64,000 nucleotides of DNA from Acidobacteriota bacterium (lineage in GTDB: Bacteria > Acidobacteriota > Aminicenantia > UBA2199), in contig JAUPLE010000150.1 in NCBI GenBank assembly GCA_030837085.1, positions 3,016-67,015 on the forward strand, in the 5' to 3' direction. The notes beneath the pieces were generated by a model. It saw only the letters and a list, made by a program, of their open reading frames with translations. It was not told the DNA's origin and did not search any database. Position numbers and translations under genes: made by a program. How positions within the stretch are numbered: position 1 is the stretch's first letter; each line of letters opens with the position of its first letter. This document shows, piece after piece, positions 30,401 to 39,400 of the stretch.

Positions 30401-33400
30401 GGTAAAGGAAAAATGGCCGCCATAGAAGAGCAAAAAATAAAGAAATCTAATTCATAATATTGCACCAGACGATGAATAACCAACGTTCCCATGACTTTGG
30501 GGGCTAATATTTCTTCCGACAATTCCCGTGTCCGCCTCATGATCATTGCCCCATCGGCGATACCGGCCGCATGGATGATACCGTTGATGGAACCGAAATG
30601 CTGTTGAGCCTGGGAAATCACCTGCTGCATTTGACTCTCATCCGTCACGTCGGCGCAGGACAGGAGAACTTCTGCGCCCGATGCTTCCAATTCCCGGATT
30701 TTACGAATTTTTTCGCCGGTTTTATCTTCATTGGGATGAGAAGATAACCAATTGTCCCACTCATCGCGCCCAGGCAGGGAGACTCGATCTATCAATACTA
30801 ATTTTGCTTTTACGCTCACTGCCAGGTACTCAGCCAGGATCAAACCCATCCCGCCAAGCCCCCCGGTAACCAGGTAAACACCTTTTTCTCTTAACCCTGC
30901 TGCCGGCAAAGAACCGGATTTCTTCATATTTACTGGTTCAAAGGCCAAAATCCATCGATGGTTGTTACGGTATGCAATGATTATATCTTTATCCTGGTTA
31001 TAATTTTCATGGCCATCCCGGGTTTTAATTTTGAATTCTCGCATCAGTTGACCTACCAGGACCTCTGATTCAGGTAGAGTAATATCTATTAAACAACAAC
31101 CAATGTTGCTGAATTCTTGTGCTATGGCTTTCACCGGTCCCATCAATGTTGCCTTCTCCGGGCATATAAGGTCTCCTCCGATGACATCCTGCGCATTGTT
31201 GGTAACCACTTTTAATTGGAAGTGATGACCGGCGTTCATCTTCCCTAAGGCCTGCGCCAGGGCCAGAAGGCTGTAAAATCCTTTATCAAGATATCTTTCC
31301 ACCTCCCCAAGTCCTAGACACCCGTTACCGGCGACAGAAACACTCCACAGGTGAATGATCGTATGCGGCAATTGTCCGGTTGCCCTTAATTTCCCGAACA
31401 ATGCATCATAATCATGAGTAACGGCCGGTTTAACCGTATACTCATCTTCTTTTAAATTGGTAAAGTCATCCCCCTCCCGCACAATCAATACCCGAAATCC
31501 TTCCTGCCTTAATTGCATTTCAATTTTATTTCCCAACCCGCCTTCATCTATAAAAAGTAATATTGTCCCGACCGGATCGTCCCAGGCAGAGGGTTCAAGG
31601 GGTCCCGGTAACCGGGTTCTCTTCCACGAAGGAATGTACAACCATTGGTCAATATCACTTCTTTTCTGCATCGGGGTTTCGAGGTACTTTTCCATACGGT
31701 TCTTTAAGTGGATATAATCGACATCCAACGGGAAACGCTGATGCTGGAAATTGTAGACAGGCAATGAAACTCGACGTCTTTTTTCATCCACATAAAACTT
31801 TTCCCAATCAATATCAATCCCATAAAGCCATAAATGCCCCAGCCTGTTCAACAGATAATAAATATCCGGCACAGTTTTTTTCTCATGCCGCACCAGGTTG
31901 ACCAACCGCTGTTCGGTTGTATAGTTTTCATGGTTCTTTACCAGGGCACACAAATCCTGCCCGGGACCGATTTCGAGAAATATAGAGTTCGGGGTTTTCA
32001 GCAACTCCCCAATCCCTTCGCCAAACCGGACAGTATCTTTCATATGCTTTACCCAATATTGGGAGTTCGTGGCTTCCTCCGCAGTAATCGTTTGAGCAGT
32101 TACATTTGAAATAAAGGGAATCCCCGGTGGATTTAATGTTGTTTTTCGTACTTCGTTTTCGAATTCCGCTAAAATTGGTTCCATAAGGGTTGAATGTCCT
32201 GCATAGGAAACATTTACTCGGACACTTAAATAACCCTTGTCTTTAAGTTCGTTTTCAAAGGCCTCGATGGCATTCGAGGTCCCGGATACGATGCAAGATG
32301 CCCCATTATCGATCGCGAGGGATAATTCACCATTAAGAAAGGGATTAACCTTTTTCATTGAGAGTGGAACACTCAACATCGCCCCCTTCGGCATTTTTTG
32401 CATCAATTGGCCGCGTAAAATCACCAACTTTAGCGCATCCTCCAGCGAGAAAACCCCTGACAAGCAAGCGGCTGTATATTCGCCAAAACTATAACCGATC
32501 ATTACTTCGGGTTTGATACCCCAACTGAGCAACAGCTTTGCCAGGGCATATTCAAATATAAATACTAACGGTTGGGTGATTTCTGTTTTTTTGACACTTT
32601 TTGCGGCCTGGTCCAGGTTTTCGGAAGGGTACAAAATCTCTTTCAAGTCATAACCTGCAATCGATTGAAACACATTAAAACAAATATCCATTTCCTCACG
32701 GAATATTCTCTCAATTCGATATAATCCCAATCCCATATTTACATACTGCGCCCCCTGGCCGGAAAACATAAAAACAATCCTTTTAACCTGGTTTTGGGAA
32801 TCGCTCGTATAAATTTTCCCCGCCTTGGGAGAAGAAATTATCTCAATCGCGTTCTTATTATCTGAACAAAGCAACATTTTGCGATACTGGAACGATTTTC
32901 TACCCACTTGAAGCGTATAAGCGATATCTGCTAGATCCATGGTTGGATGTCGGTTTAAGTATTCCAAAAAACTCTTTATGGCGCTGTCAAGAGACTCCTG
33001 GGTACGGGCTGAAAGTATTAAGATTTTCCATTCCCTTCCTATGGAAGATTCACCCAACGGAGGTGCTTCTTCAAGTACGGCATGAGCATTGGTTCCGCCG
33101 ATGCCAAAAGAACTGACCCCTGCCCGGCGCGGCGATGATGGATAAATATCATTCTTGCTCCATTCCTTTAACCGGATATTCACATAAAAAGGACTATTTT
33201 CAAAATCAATCCTATTGTTTGGTTTCCGGAAATGAAGACTGGGGGGAATTAAACAGTAGTACAGTGATAAAACCGTTTTAATGAATCCTGCTACACCGGC
33301 AGCAGCATTGAGATGCCCGATATTGGATTTAACCGAACCGATCGCGCAGTAGCCTGTTTTTTGTGTTTGAAAGGCCAGGGTCAGCGCTTTCATTTCAATG

Positions 33401-36400
33401 ACATCACCAAGGGAGGTTGCCGTACCATGGGCTTCTACATAACCGATAGTTTCCGGGTCTATTCCTGCAGCCTGATGTGCAACGGCAATAACCTCGGCCT
33501 GCCCCTCCAGCGCAGGTGCCGTATACCCCACTTTGCGGCTGCCATCATTATTAACGGCAGAACCTTTTACCACCGCATAAATGTGGTCACCATCGGCCAT
33601 TGCCTCTTCCAACCGTTTCAGCACCACAATACCAGCGCCATCACTAAATACGGTTCCACTGGCCTGTTCATCAAAAGTACGGTTGTGACCATCCCGGGAA
33701 AAAAGCATTCCTGCTTCATAAAGGTAACCCGTTTTGTAAGGCAGAGATAAGGAAACACCACCTGCCAGCGCCAGGTCGCATTTAGCCGTTAATAAGCCCT
33801 GGCAAGCCAGATCAATAGCTACCAATGAAGTGGAGCAGGCTGTATACATGTTAAAACTAGGACCTTTTAAATTCAATTTATAGGAAAGCCTCGTAGCCAT
33901 AAAATCCTTATCCAGCAACTGGATATCCATAAATTGTTCCGACGCGCTAATTCTTCCTAACAGGAGCGGTTTCGAGTTCCAGATAGGATTGGGTGATGCC
34001 CCGGCATAGACACCAATCAGCCCACGATATTTGTCCGGATCATACCCGGCATCCTCCAGGGCTTCCCATAAACACAAATGAAATATTCGCGTCTGGGGAT
34101 CCATTTCCCCTGCTTCCTGGGGAGAATAACCGAAAAAGAAAGCGTCAAAGTATTCGATATTTTCCAATACGCCTTTGGCTCTTACATAATCAGTATTTTC
34201 CAGTAATGCCTGATCGATACCGCATGCCGATAATTCTTCTTGTGAAAAGAAAGTAATCGATTCAATACCATTTATTAAATTGTTCCAGAAGTCATCGATA
34301 TTTCCTGCGCCCGGGAATCTCCCGGACATGCCGATAACAGCAATATCCAATCCGCTTCTCCCCGAATTTTCCCCGGTTTCATTTATTAAATATTTTTTAA
34401 TTCTCTCCTGAATGCGATATCTATCATGGCAAAATAAATCCAGGTTCTCTCTTTGCAATTTGGCAAATTTCATATCCGGCTCATTGGTGCTTAAATAGTC
34501 AGTTAAAGCGTTGATCGTCGGGTATCGAAATATGACCGCATCATCGATAGCTTTTCCTATGGCTTCTTGCAATCTACCTTTTATCTGTACTGCCCGGGTA
34601 GAATCACCTCCCACGTCGAAGAAGTTATCAAATTCCCCTACATTATCTTTTCCAAGCACATGTTTCCAGGTCTCCGCAATAATTTTTCGTATCTCAGTTT
34701 TTGTCAATTGTAATTTTGAAAGAGTTATCTCATTTTGTAAACCGGATAATTCACGAATTACCGGATTGTACATCCCGTCTAAATATTCCTTGCGTAATTT
34801 ATATCTCTGTACTTTTCCACTGGTAGTTTTAGGGATTATTTTTACCGGGATTATTTTGTCAATTTCAATACTCATTTTCTCTGCGATATGTTTTTTTAAA
34901 GCCGAGACCAACGGCAAGAAATCCTCCAGATTTCTTTTAAAAACAACAAAACAAATGATTTCATCCGACTGGCTGGCCTCATTATAAACACCACAAACAG
35001 CAATTTTTTCAAAATCCATTCCTTCCAACTTTTCGGCTTCCCTTTCTATATCATGAGGATAAACATTTTGAGCGTTTACAAAGATAATTTCTTTAGCTCT
35101 ACCGGTAATCACCAGGCGACCTTCCCGGGAGAATCCGATATCGCCTGTTTTAAGCCAACCGTCGGGGCGGATAGCCTCGGTAGTCGCTTCATCATTGTTG
35201 TAGTAACCACCGGTGACATTCTCACCCTTTATTTCGATGCCGCCAATGATTCTATCTGCAACTCGCTCACCCGCTTCATCCACGATTCGGACAAAACAAT
35301 CCGGAATTGGGGTGCCTACTTCCACAAAAGATATTGCCTTTACCCCCTTTTCCCTTTCTGTCACCTTTTGGCCAATGGAAAGACTATCCCTGTCAACGTT
35401 CACCACAACCATTTCATCCTCCGGTTCGGAAAATGAAACGGCAAGAGAAGCTTCAGCAAGACCATATACAGGAAAAATTACGGTTTTCTTAAGCCCAAAA
35501 GGAGTAAATTTATTAAGGAATTCCTGGCATACGTCAGCAGAAATCGGTTCTGCGCCATTGACGATCAATCGTAATGAAGATAAATCCAATTGATTATATT
35601 TATCCGGTTCAAAATGTTTCAGTACATATTTATAACCAAAATTCGGCGATACAGTCATGGTACTTTTAGTTTCGGCGATTTTCCGCAACCACAAGTGCGG
35701 ACGCCGAATAAACAGTTGCGGTATCATCAAATAATGATTCCAATCCGCAGTGTAAGGTACCATATGAAATCCAATAATTCCCATATCATGGGTCAACGGC
35801 ATCCAACTAAAAAACACATCCCCTTCTACTGGCGGTTTAATGCCTTTTATTATCGCTTTAATATTGGTCAATAAATTCTTATGTGTCAGCACGACTCCTT
35901 TAGGACTACCCGTGGATCCGGATGAAAATTGAATATAGGCAATATCCGACTCATCCGGGATATAAATATGGCCATGCCCTGCGGTTCTATGCAATTTCTC
36001 GATAAACATGGCGCTTTTTTCCATCTGGGCAATCATATCAGGGTAATTATTGTTTACGGCAAAGGCCTTTAAGGTTTCCAAATGCTTTTCAAAGGTAATT
36101 AAATATGGCCGGCTCAATAAGCGCCAGATGTTGAAGAGTTTGCACATGTACTCATCATTGGCAGCCAATGTAACAGGGATCGGGATTATCTTTCCCAATA
36201 AACAGGCCCAGAAAAATATTACAAAATCCCTGTTATCATTTATTTGAAATACCAATTGATCACCTGGTTTTACTCCGGCGGATTGGAGATTGAAAAGTAT
36301 TGCTCCCGCTTCCAGGTATATTTCATCATACGATAGAAAACGCTTTTCTTCAGCACTATCGATAAATGTAATGCCGATATCTTGCCTTCGCCTACTGCAA

Positions 36401-36429
36401 AACATTTCTACAAGATTTTTATAATTCAT
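27415..36429 (-). CDS. Hybrid initiation megasynthase: FAAL - ACP - KS - AT - KR - ACP - sulfotransferase (ST) - C (3004 aa), Ols/CurM-like with C in place of TE
   Basis: FAAL motifs IAYIQFSSGSTGSPKG, LKTGDIGF, GRAKEIIFVNAQNVYP. ACP FFDVGGDST. KS TACSTSLVAIDLAC, EAHGTATSLGD, NIGHLNAAAG. AT FMFSGQGAQY, GYSFGE, YAGHS. KR YLVTGGLGGMG, SSMAAIFPLPGQTAYAAAN. ACP FFELGGDSLK. ST ILSPPRSGTTLL (5'-PSB loop) and IHLIRHPYGMIHS (3'-PB). C domain YPASVAQKKFF, RQESLRTSF, MHHIITDGYSM. Tail ...GNNEDFGF. Confidence 0.9.
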   Translation of the reverse strand: MNYKNLVEMFCSRRRQDIGITFIDSAEEKRFLSYDEIYLEAGAILFNLQSAGVKPGDQLVFQINDNRDFVIFFWACLLGKIIPIPVTLAANDEYMCKLFNIWRLLSRPYLITFEKHLETLKAFAVNNNYPDMIAQMEKSAMFIEKLHRTAGHGHIYIPDESDIAYIQFSSGSTGSPKGVVLTHKNLLTNIKAIIKGIKPPVEGDVFFSWMPLTHDMGIIGFHMVPYTADWNHYLMIPQLFIRRPHLWLRKIAETKSTMTVSPNFGYKYVLKHFEPDKYNQLDLSSLRLIVNGAEPISADVCQEFLNKFTPFGLKKTVIFPVYGLAEASLAVSFSEPEDEMVVVNVDRDSLSIGQKVTEREKGVKAISFVEVGTPIPDCFVRIVDEAGERVADRIIGGIEIKGENVTGGYYNNDEATTEAIRPDGWLKTGDIGFSREGRLVITGRAKEIIFVNAQNVYPHDIEREAEKLEGMDFEKIAVCGVYNEASQSDEIICFVVFKRNLEDFLPLVSALKKHIAEKMSIEIDKIIPVKIIPKTTSGKVQRYKLRKEYLDGMYNPVIRELSGLQNEITLSKLQLTKTEIRKIIAETWKHVLGKDNVGEFDNFFDVGGDSTRAVQIKGRLQEAIGKAIDDAVIFRYPTINALTDYLSTNEPDMKFAKLQRENLDLFCHDRYRIQERIKKYLINETGENSGRSGLDIAVIGMSGRFPGAGNIDDFWNNLINGIESITFFSQEELSACGIDQALLENTDYVRAKGVLENIEYFDAFFFGYSPQEAGEMDPQTRIFHLCLWEALEDAGYDPDKYRGLIGVYAGASPNPIWNSKPLLLGRISASEQFMDIQLLDKDFMATRLSYKLNLKGPSFNMYTACSTSLVAIDLACQGLLTAKCDLALAGGVSLSLPYKTGYLYEAGMLFSRDGHNRTFDEQASGTVFSDGAGIVVLKRLEEAMADGDHIYAVVKGSAVNNDGSRKVGYTAPALEGQAEVIAVAHQAAGIDPETIGYVEAHGTATSLGDVIEMKALTLAFQTQKTGYCAIGSVKSNIGHLNAAAGVAGFIKTVLSLYYCLIPPSLHFRKPNNRIDFENSPFYVNIRLKEWSKNDIYPSSPRRAGVSSFGIGGTNAHAVLEEAPPLGESSIGREWKILILSARTQESLDSAIKSFLEYLNRHPTMDLADIAYTLQVGRKSFQYRKMLLCSDNKNAIEIISSPKAGKIYTSDSQNQVKRIVFMFSGQGAQYVNMGLGLYRIERIFREEMDICFNVFQSIAGYDLKEILYPSENLDQAAKSVKKTEITQPLVFIFEYALAKLLLSWGIKPEVMIGYSFGEYTAACLSGVFSLEDALKLVILRGQLMQKMPKGAMLSVPLSMKKVNPFLNGELSLAIDNGASCIVSGTSNAIEAFENELKDKGYLSVRVNVSYAGHSTLMEPILAEFENEVRKTTLNPPGIPFISNVTAQTITAEEATNSQYWVKHMKDTVRFGEGIGELLKTPNSIFLEIGPGQDLCALVKNHENYTTEQRLVNLVRHEKKTVPDIYYLLNRLGHLWLYGIDIDWEKFYVDEKRRRVSLPVYNFQHQRFPLDVDYIHLKNRMEKYLETPMQKRSDIDQWLYIPSWKRTRLPGPLEPSAWDDPVGTILLFIDEGGLGNKIEMQLRQEGFRVLIVREGDDFTNLKEDEYTVKPAVTHDYDALFGKLRATGQLPHTIIHLWSVSVAGNGCLGLGEVERYLDKGFYSLLALAQALGKMNAGHHFQLKVVTNNAQDVIGGDLICPEKATLMGPVKAIAQEFSNIGCCLIDITLPESEVLVGQLMREFKIKTRDGHENYNQDKDIIIAYRNNHRWILAFEPVNMKKSGSLPAAGLREKGVYLVTGGLGGMGLILAEYLAVSVKAKLVLIDRVSLPGRDEWDNWLSSHPNEDKTGEKIRKIRELEASGAEVLLSCADVTDESQMQQVISQAQQHFGSINGIIHAAGIADGAMIMRRTRELSEEILAPKVMGTLVIHRLVQYYELDFFIFCSSMAAIFPLPGQTAYAAANAFLDAFAASRFFNSGTIAISINWDRWQNVGVSVIAEQKHKDLWGKAMEEGITPPEGIDVFRRILADPMPRVVVSTIDLEHMTDRFNASGMLSTDIDIVEEQSTAKPRHQRPELSVSYVEPGNEIEQKLVEIWQELLGIDRVGIHDNFFELGGDSLKGMKFVNRYNTLLNEIVHINIIFEAPTITELAGYIIKNYPEAAGAITGRPISPDSPGGEPGVDMEIIERVRHLLPSPPSLFETQSPANPPAIFILSPPRSGTTLLRVMLAGHPKLFAPPELGLLSYNTLNEVNFTLQSSIRALMEIKGCDVEEAGRMIREFQQRIMTTKQFYRVLQEGIGDRLLVDKTPDYSFSLEVLKKAESDFSNSLYIHLIRHPYGMIHSFEEARLDLLFSNQSTHDLSLSRRRIAEAIWFISHRNILEFLENIPQNRQHWIKFEDLVYDPYHCMEGICRFLNLEFHPGMIQPYKEQNRRMTDSTHSEGRMIGDVKFMRHKHIDPGVADNWRDHYHTDFLGDVTWKMAEKFGYKSIKSDRLSLEPVEKKEYYPASVAQKKFFIINEFENISETYNTFRYVPLSGKLNIARFENAWRALIRRQESLRTSFHLIAGQPVIKVHETADFEIEYVDLIESGNPEYEMKTIINKFRTPFDLTQPPLMRVKLVKMSGENHVMLFGMHHIITDGYSMEIIFEELVALYGGKQLPGLKLQYKDYAQWQHRFLEFRECKKQEVYWLEKFSGEIPLLNMPTDYPRPKSQSFEGEWIHFKLENHVTQNIHVLAEDTGATVYMVLLAAFNILLSRYTGQKDIIVGSPIAGRDLEELERVIGVFMNVIPMRTLIEEEKTFAGFLSSVKENLLMAFKNHLYPLGMLAEKLGIIKNLSRNPLNDVEFIMIRNNLSLLEVEGLKFVPTEFNVGTSPVDITLAVVESGNDFSFTLMYCTKLFKRETIEKFIDSYKEVLRTVTQNKDILLKSITVSTGLGEALPVFLGNNEDFGF
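28810..29652 (-). other. PAPS-dependent sulfotransferase (ST) domain, CurM/Ols-type, between ACP2 and the C domain
   Basis: PPRSGTTLL near aa 2271-2279 and RHPYGMIHS near aa 2389-2397 are the sulfotransferase PAPS-binding signatures; the domain is about 280 aa. Confidence 0.75.
34750..36429 (-). other. Fatty acyl-AMP ligase (FAAL) loading domain (about aa 1-560)
   Basis: The adenylate-forming core has no downstream CoA-ligase features and is followed directly by an ACP, as in lipopeptide and olefin-synthase loading modules. Confidence 0.75.
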
Positions 36430-36477
36430 TGCTTGTTCCTTTAATGGCGGGATTCAACTTTCATAATACGATACAGA

Positions 36478-39400
36478 TCAAAAACCGAAACCGATTTCGT
36501 CCGCAGGCACCATTCCGGAAGTTGCCACCCCCAGATCACTGGAAATGGAAATATCCTTCAAATAAATGTCATTGTTTTCCATCACAGAAGCAATAATCTC
36601 TTCTAAATAAACAATAAACCTCTTAACCGTTTCCTTTTTAAAGAGGCATTTCCGATAAAATAATATGAGGGCCAACTCATTATTATATTCCATACCCACC
36701 AACCCCAGATCAAATTTCGCCTGTATATTAACATCGATTTGCTTTTGATTAACCAAAAGTTCACTATATCTAGCTTTTTCGTCGCGGGAATAAAAAGTCA
36801 AAAATACATCAAATAACGGATTGCGCATCCCTGTTCTCGTTATTACCAACTTATCCACTAGTTCTTCGAATTGATAGTCCTGGTTAGCAAAGGCATCCAT
36901 CGCCCTCTTTTTTACATTTCCCAGGAACTCCCTAAAGGTTATATTTTCGGAGGGGAAATTCTTCATTACCAAAGTATTTACAAACATACCAACAATTTTT
37001 TCTAAATCCGCATGCCTGCGGCCCATTATCACGGTACCGATGTTTATTTCCTCCTGACCGCTCAGTTTAAACAGCAATACATTAAGCAAAGAAAGAACAA
37101 TCATAAACATTGTAACATTTTCACGTCTTTCCAGCCCCCTTATTTTTCCCAGGTCATTTTTTTCTATCACAGAGATTACGTAGTCTCCCTCAATATTTTG
37201 ATAATTGGACCTCTGGAAATCAGTAGCTAAATTCAGATGAGTCATATCTCCTTTGAACTCCGTTAACCAATATTCTTCTTGCTGTTTAAGAGCATTTCGT
37301 TGTTCCCTGCAATTTTGCCACTCAGCATAATCTTTGTACTGAATCCGCAGTGGAGGTAATTCTTCTCCCCGGCTCAAAGCCATACTATCATCCATTAATA
37401 TATAGTGAGAAATTTCATCAGATATCACATGATGCATGTCCACCATCAATATATTTTCTTTCCTCCCGGTTAAAATAAAGCCCACCCGAAGGAGGGGGGG
37501 GTAGTGCAAATCAAACGAGCGGATGAAAATTTTCATTATATCTTTGATCTTAGCATCAGCCGCTTCTACGGAAGAGATATCAAAATCTTCTATTTCAAAT
37601 TCGATTTTATGGAACTCATGAACCCTCTGTCGTGGCTGATCTTCTATTATTTCCAGGGAGGTTCTCAAGCTTTCATGCCGTTGGATCAGTTTTCTAAAAA
37701 CATCCTCCAATTTTTTCTTTTCCAGGTCTTTTTGAATTTTAAACACCTGGGGTACGTTGTAAGCAGTACTCTTCATGCTCAATTGTTGTAAAAAATACAT
37801 CCGTTTCTGTGCTGACGATAATGAATAATACTCCTTTTTTTCCACGGGATATATCGATAAATATTTATCTTCAGCGGAGTAACTGATATAATGAGCTAAT
37901 GCTTCAACTGTGGGCGTTTTGAAAAAGTCTGCCAGGGGCATTTTCACATGAAACTCCTTATGAATTTTTGCCAACAGTATGGCTGATCTTAACGAGTGAC
38001 CACCTATTTCAAAAAAGTTAGAATGGATGCCTATTAACTCTTTTTCCCTTTCCAGAACGTTAGCGTACATCTCGATCAACTTCTCTTCTATTTTATTTCT
38101 CGGTCCGATATATTGTTTTCGTATCTCCCCGTCAGGGATCGGAAGTGCCTCTTTATCTATTTTCCCATTACGAGTTAAAGGGATGTTATCCAAATGAACA
38201 AAAAAGGAGGGGACCATATAATGCGGCAATTTCCCGGACAAATATTCCCGCAATTCCATACTATCAAATGTTTTTTCTGTCCCCATTACAGGAACAATAT
38301 AAGCACAAAGGTAACAATCTCCATTCTCTGCTGTCCGGGCAACGACAACGGTTTCTTTAATGTTCTTATGTCTTAATAAATGACTTTCTATTTCCCCCAA
38401 TTCGATCCGAAATCCCCTGATCTTAACCTGGTTATCGAGCCTCCCAAGGAATTCGATATTTCCATCAGGAAGCCATCGGACCAAGTCACCGGTGCGGTAA
38501 ACTTTGTCACTGGTCGTAAGCGATTGGTCATTTGTGAATGTGTTGGGAATGAATTTCTCTCCTGTCATGTCCGGGTTGTTTAAATATCCCCTACCGACAC
38601 CTATCCCGGCGATATGTAATTCACCTGGAGCGCCCGGGGGTTGAAGCTTCCCGCCAGAGCAAAGGATATAGGTTCTCATATTCACCAGGGGTTTACCGAT
38701 GGGAATACAATCCCGCTGTTTCATGTCGCCAGAAATTATGGTATAAGAAGTGGTCACATCACAGCACTCGGTGGGACCGTAAACATTAGTGATGGAGGTT
38801 CCCCCGTGGCCAAATCCGGTGAAAAACTGTTTCACCAACTTAGTGGATAAAGCTTCTCCCCCGATAACGAACTCCTTTACCTGGGGTGGAGGTACGTCTT
38901 GTTCCAGGCATTCCGATAATATTCGCATATGGGCAGGCGTTCCATCCACAATATCTACCCTATACCGCCTGTAAAATTCCAATAAACCAAAACCATCCAA
39001 CCGGGTATCCTCAGGGACAATATGCAAAGAATATCCAGACAATAATACCGTAAATACTTGTTTTACCGAAGCGTCAAATTCAAAAGGAGAAACCAAGCAT
39101 ACCTTCAACTCATTATCGCTATAACGATGGTAGATTCTTTCCCGCAAACCATGTACAAGGTTATTTACATTTCGATGTTCGAGCAACACCCCTTTAGGTG
39201 TTCCGGTAGAACCGGAAGTAAAGAAGACGTAAGCTAAATTACTGGGCCGATTGACAGGCAGCGGATTGGGAACCGATTCAGCCGGTAGTACTGCCATGGC
39301 ATCCAGGAGCAGGACTTTCCTTAAGGCCGATTTCGCAACATCAGTACTCCCTGAACATTGTTCAAGGAAGGCAAGTCCGGGAACTTTTTTCAATACCTCT

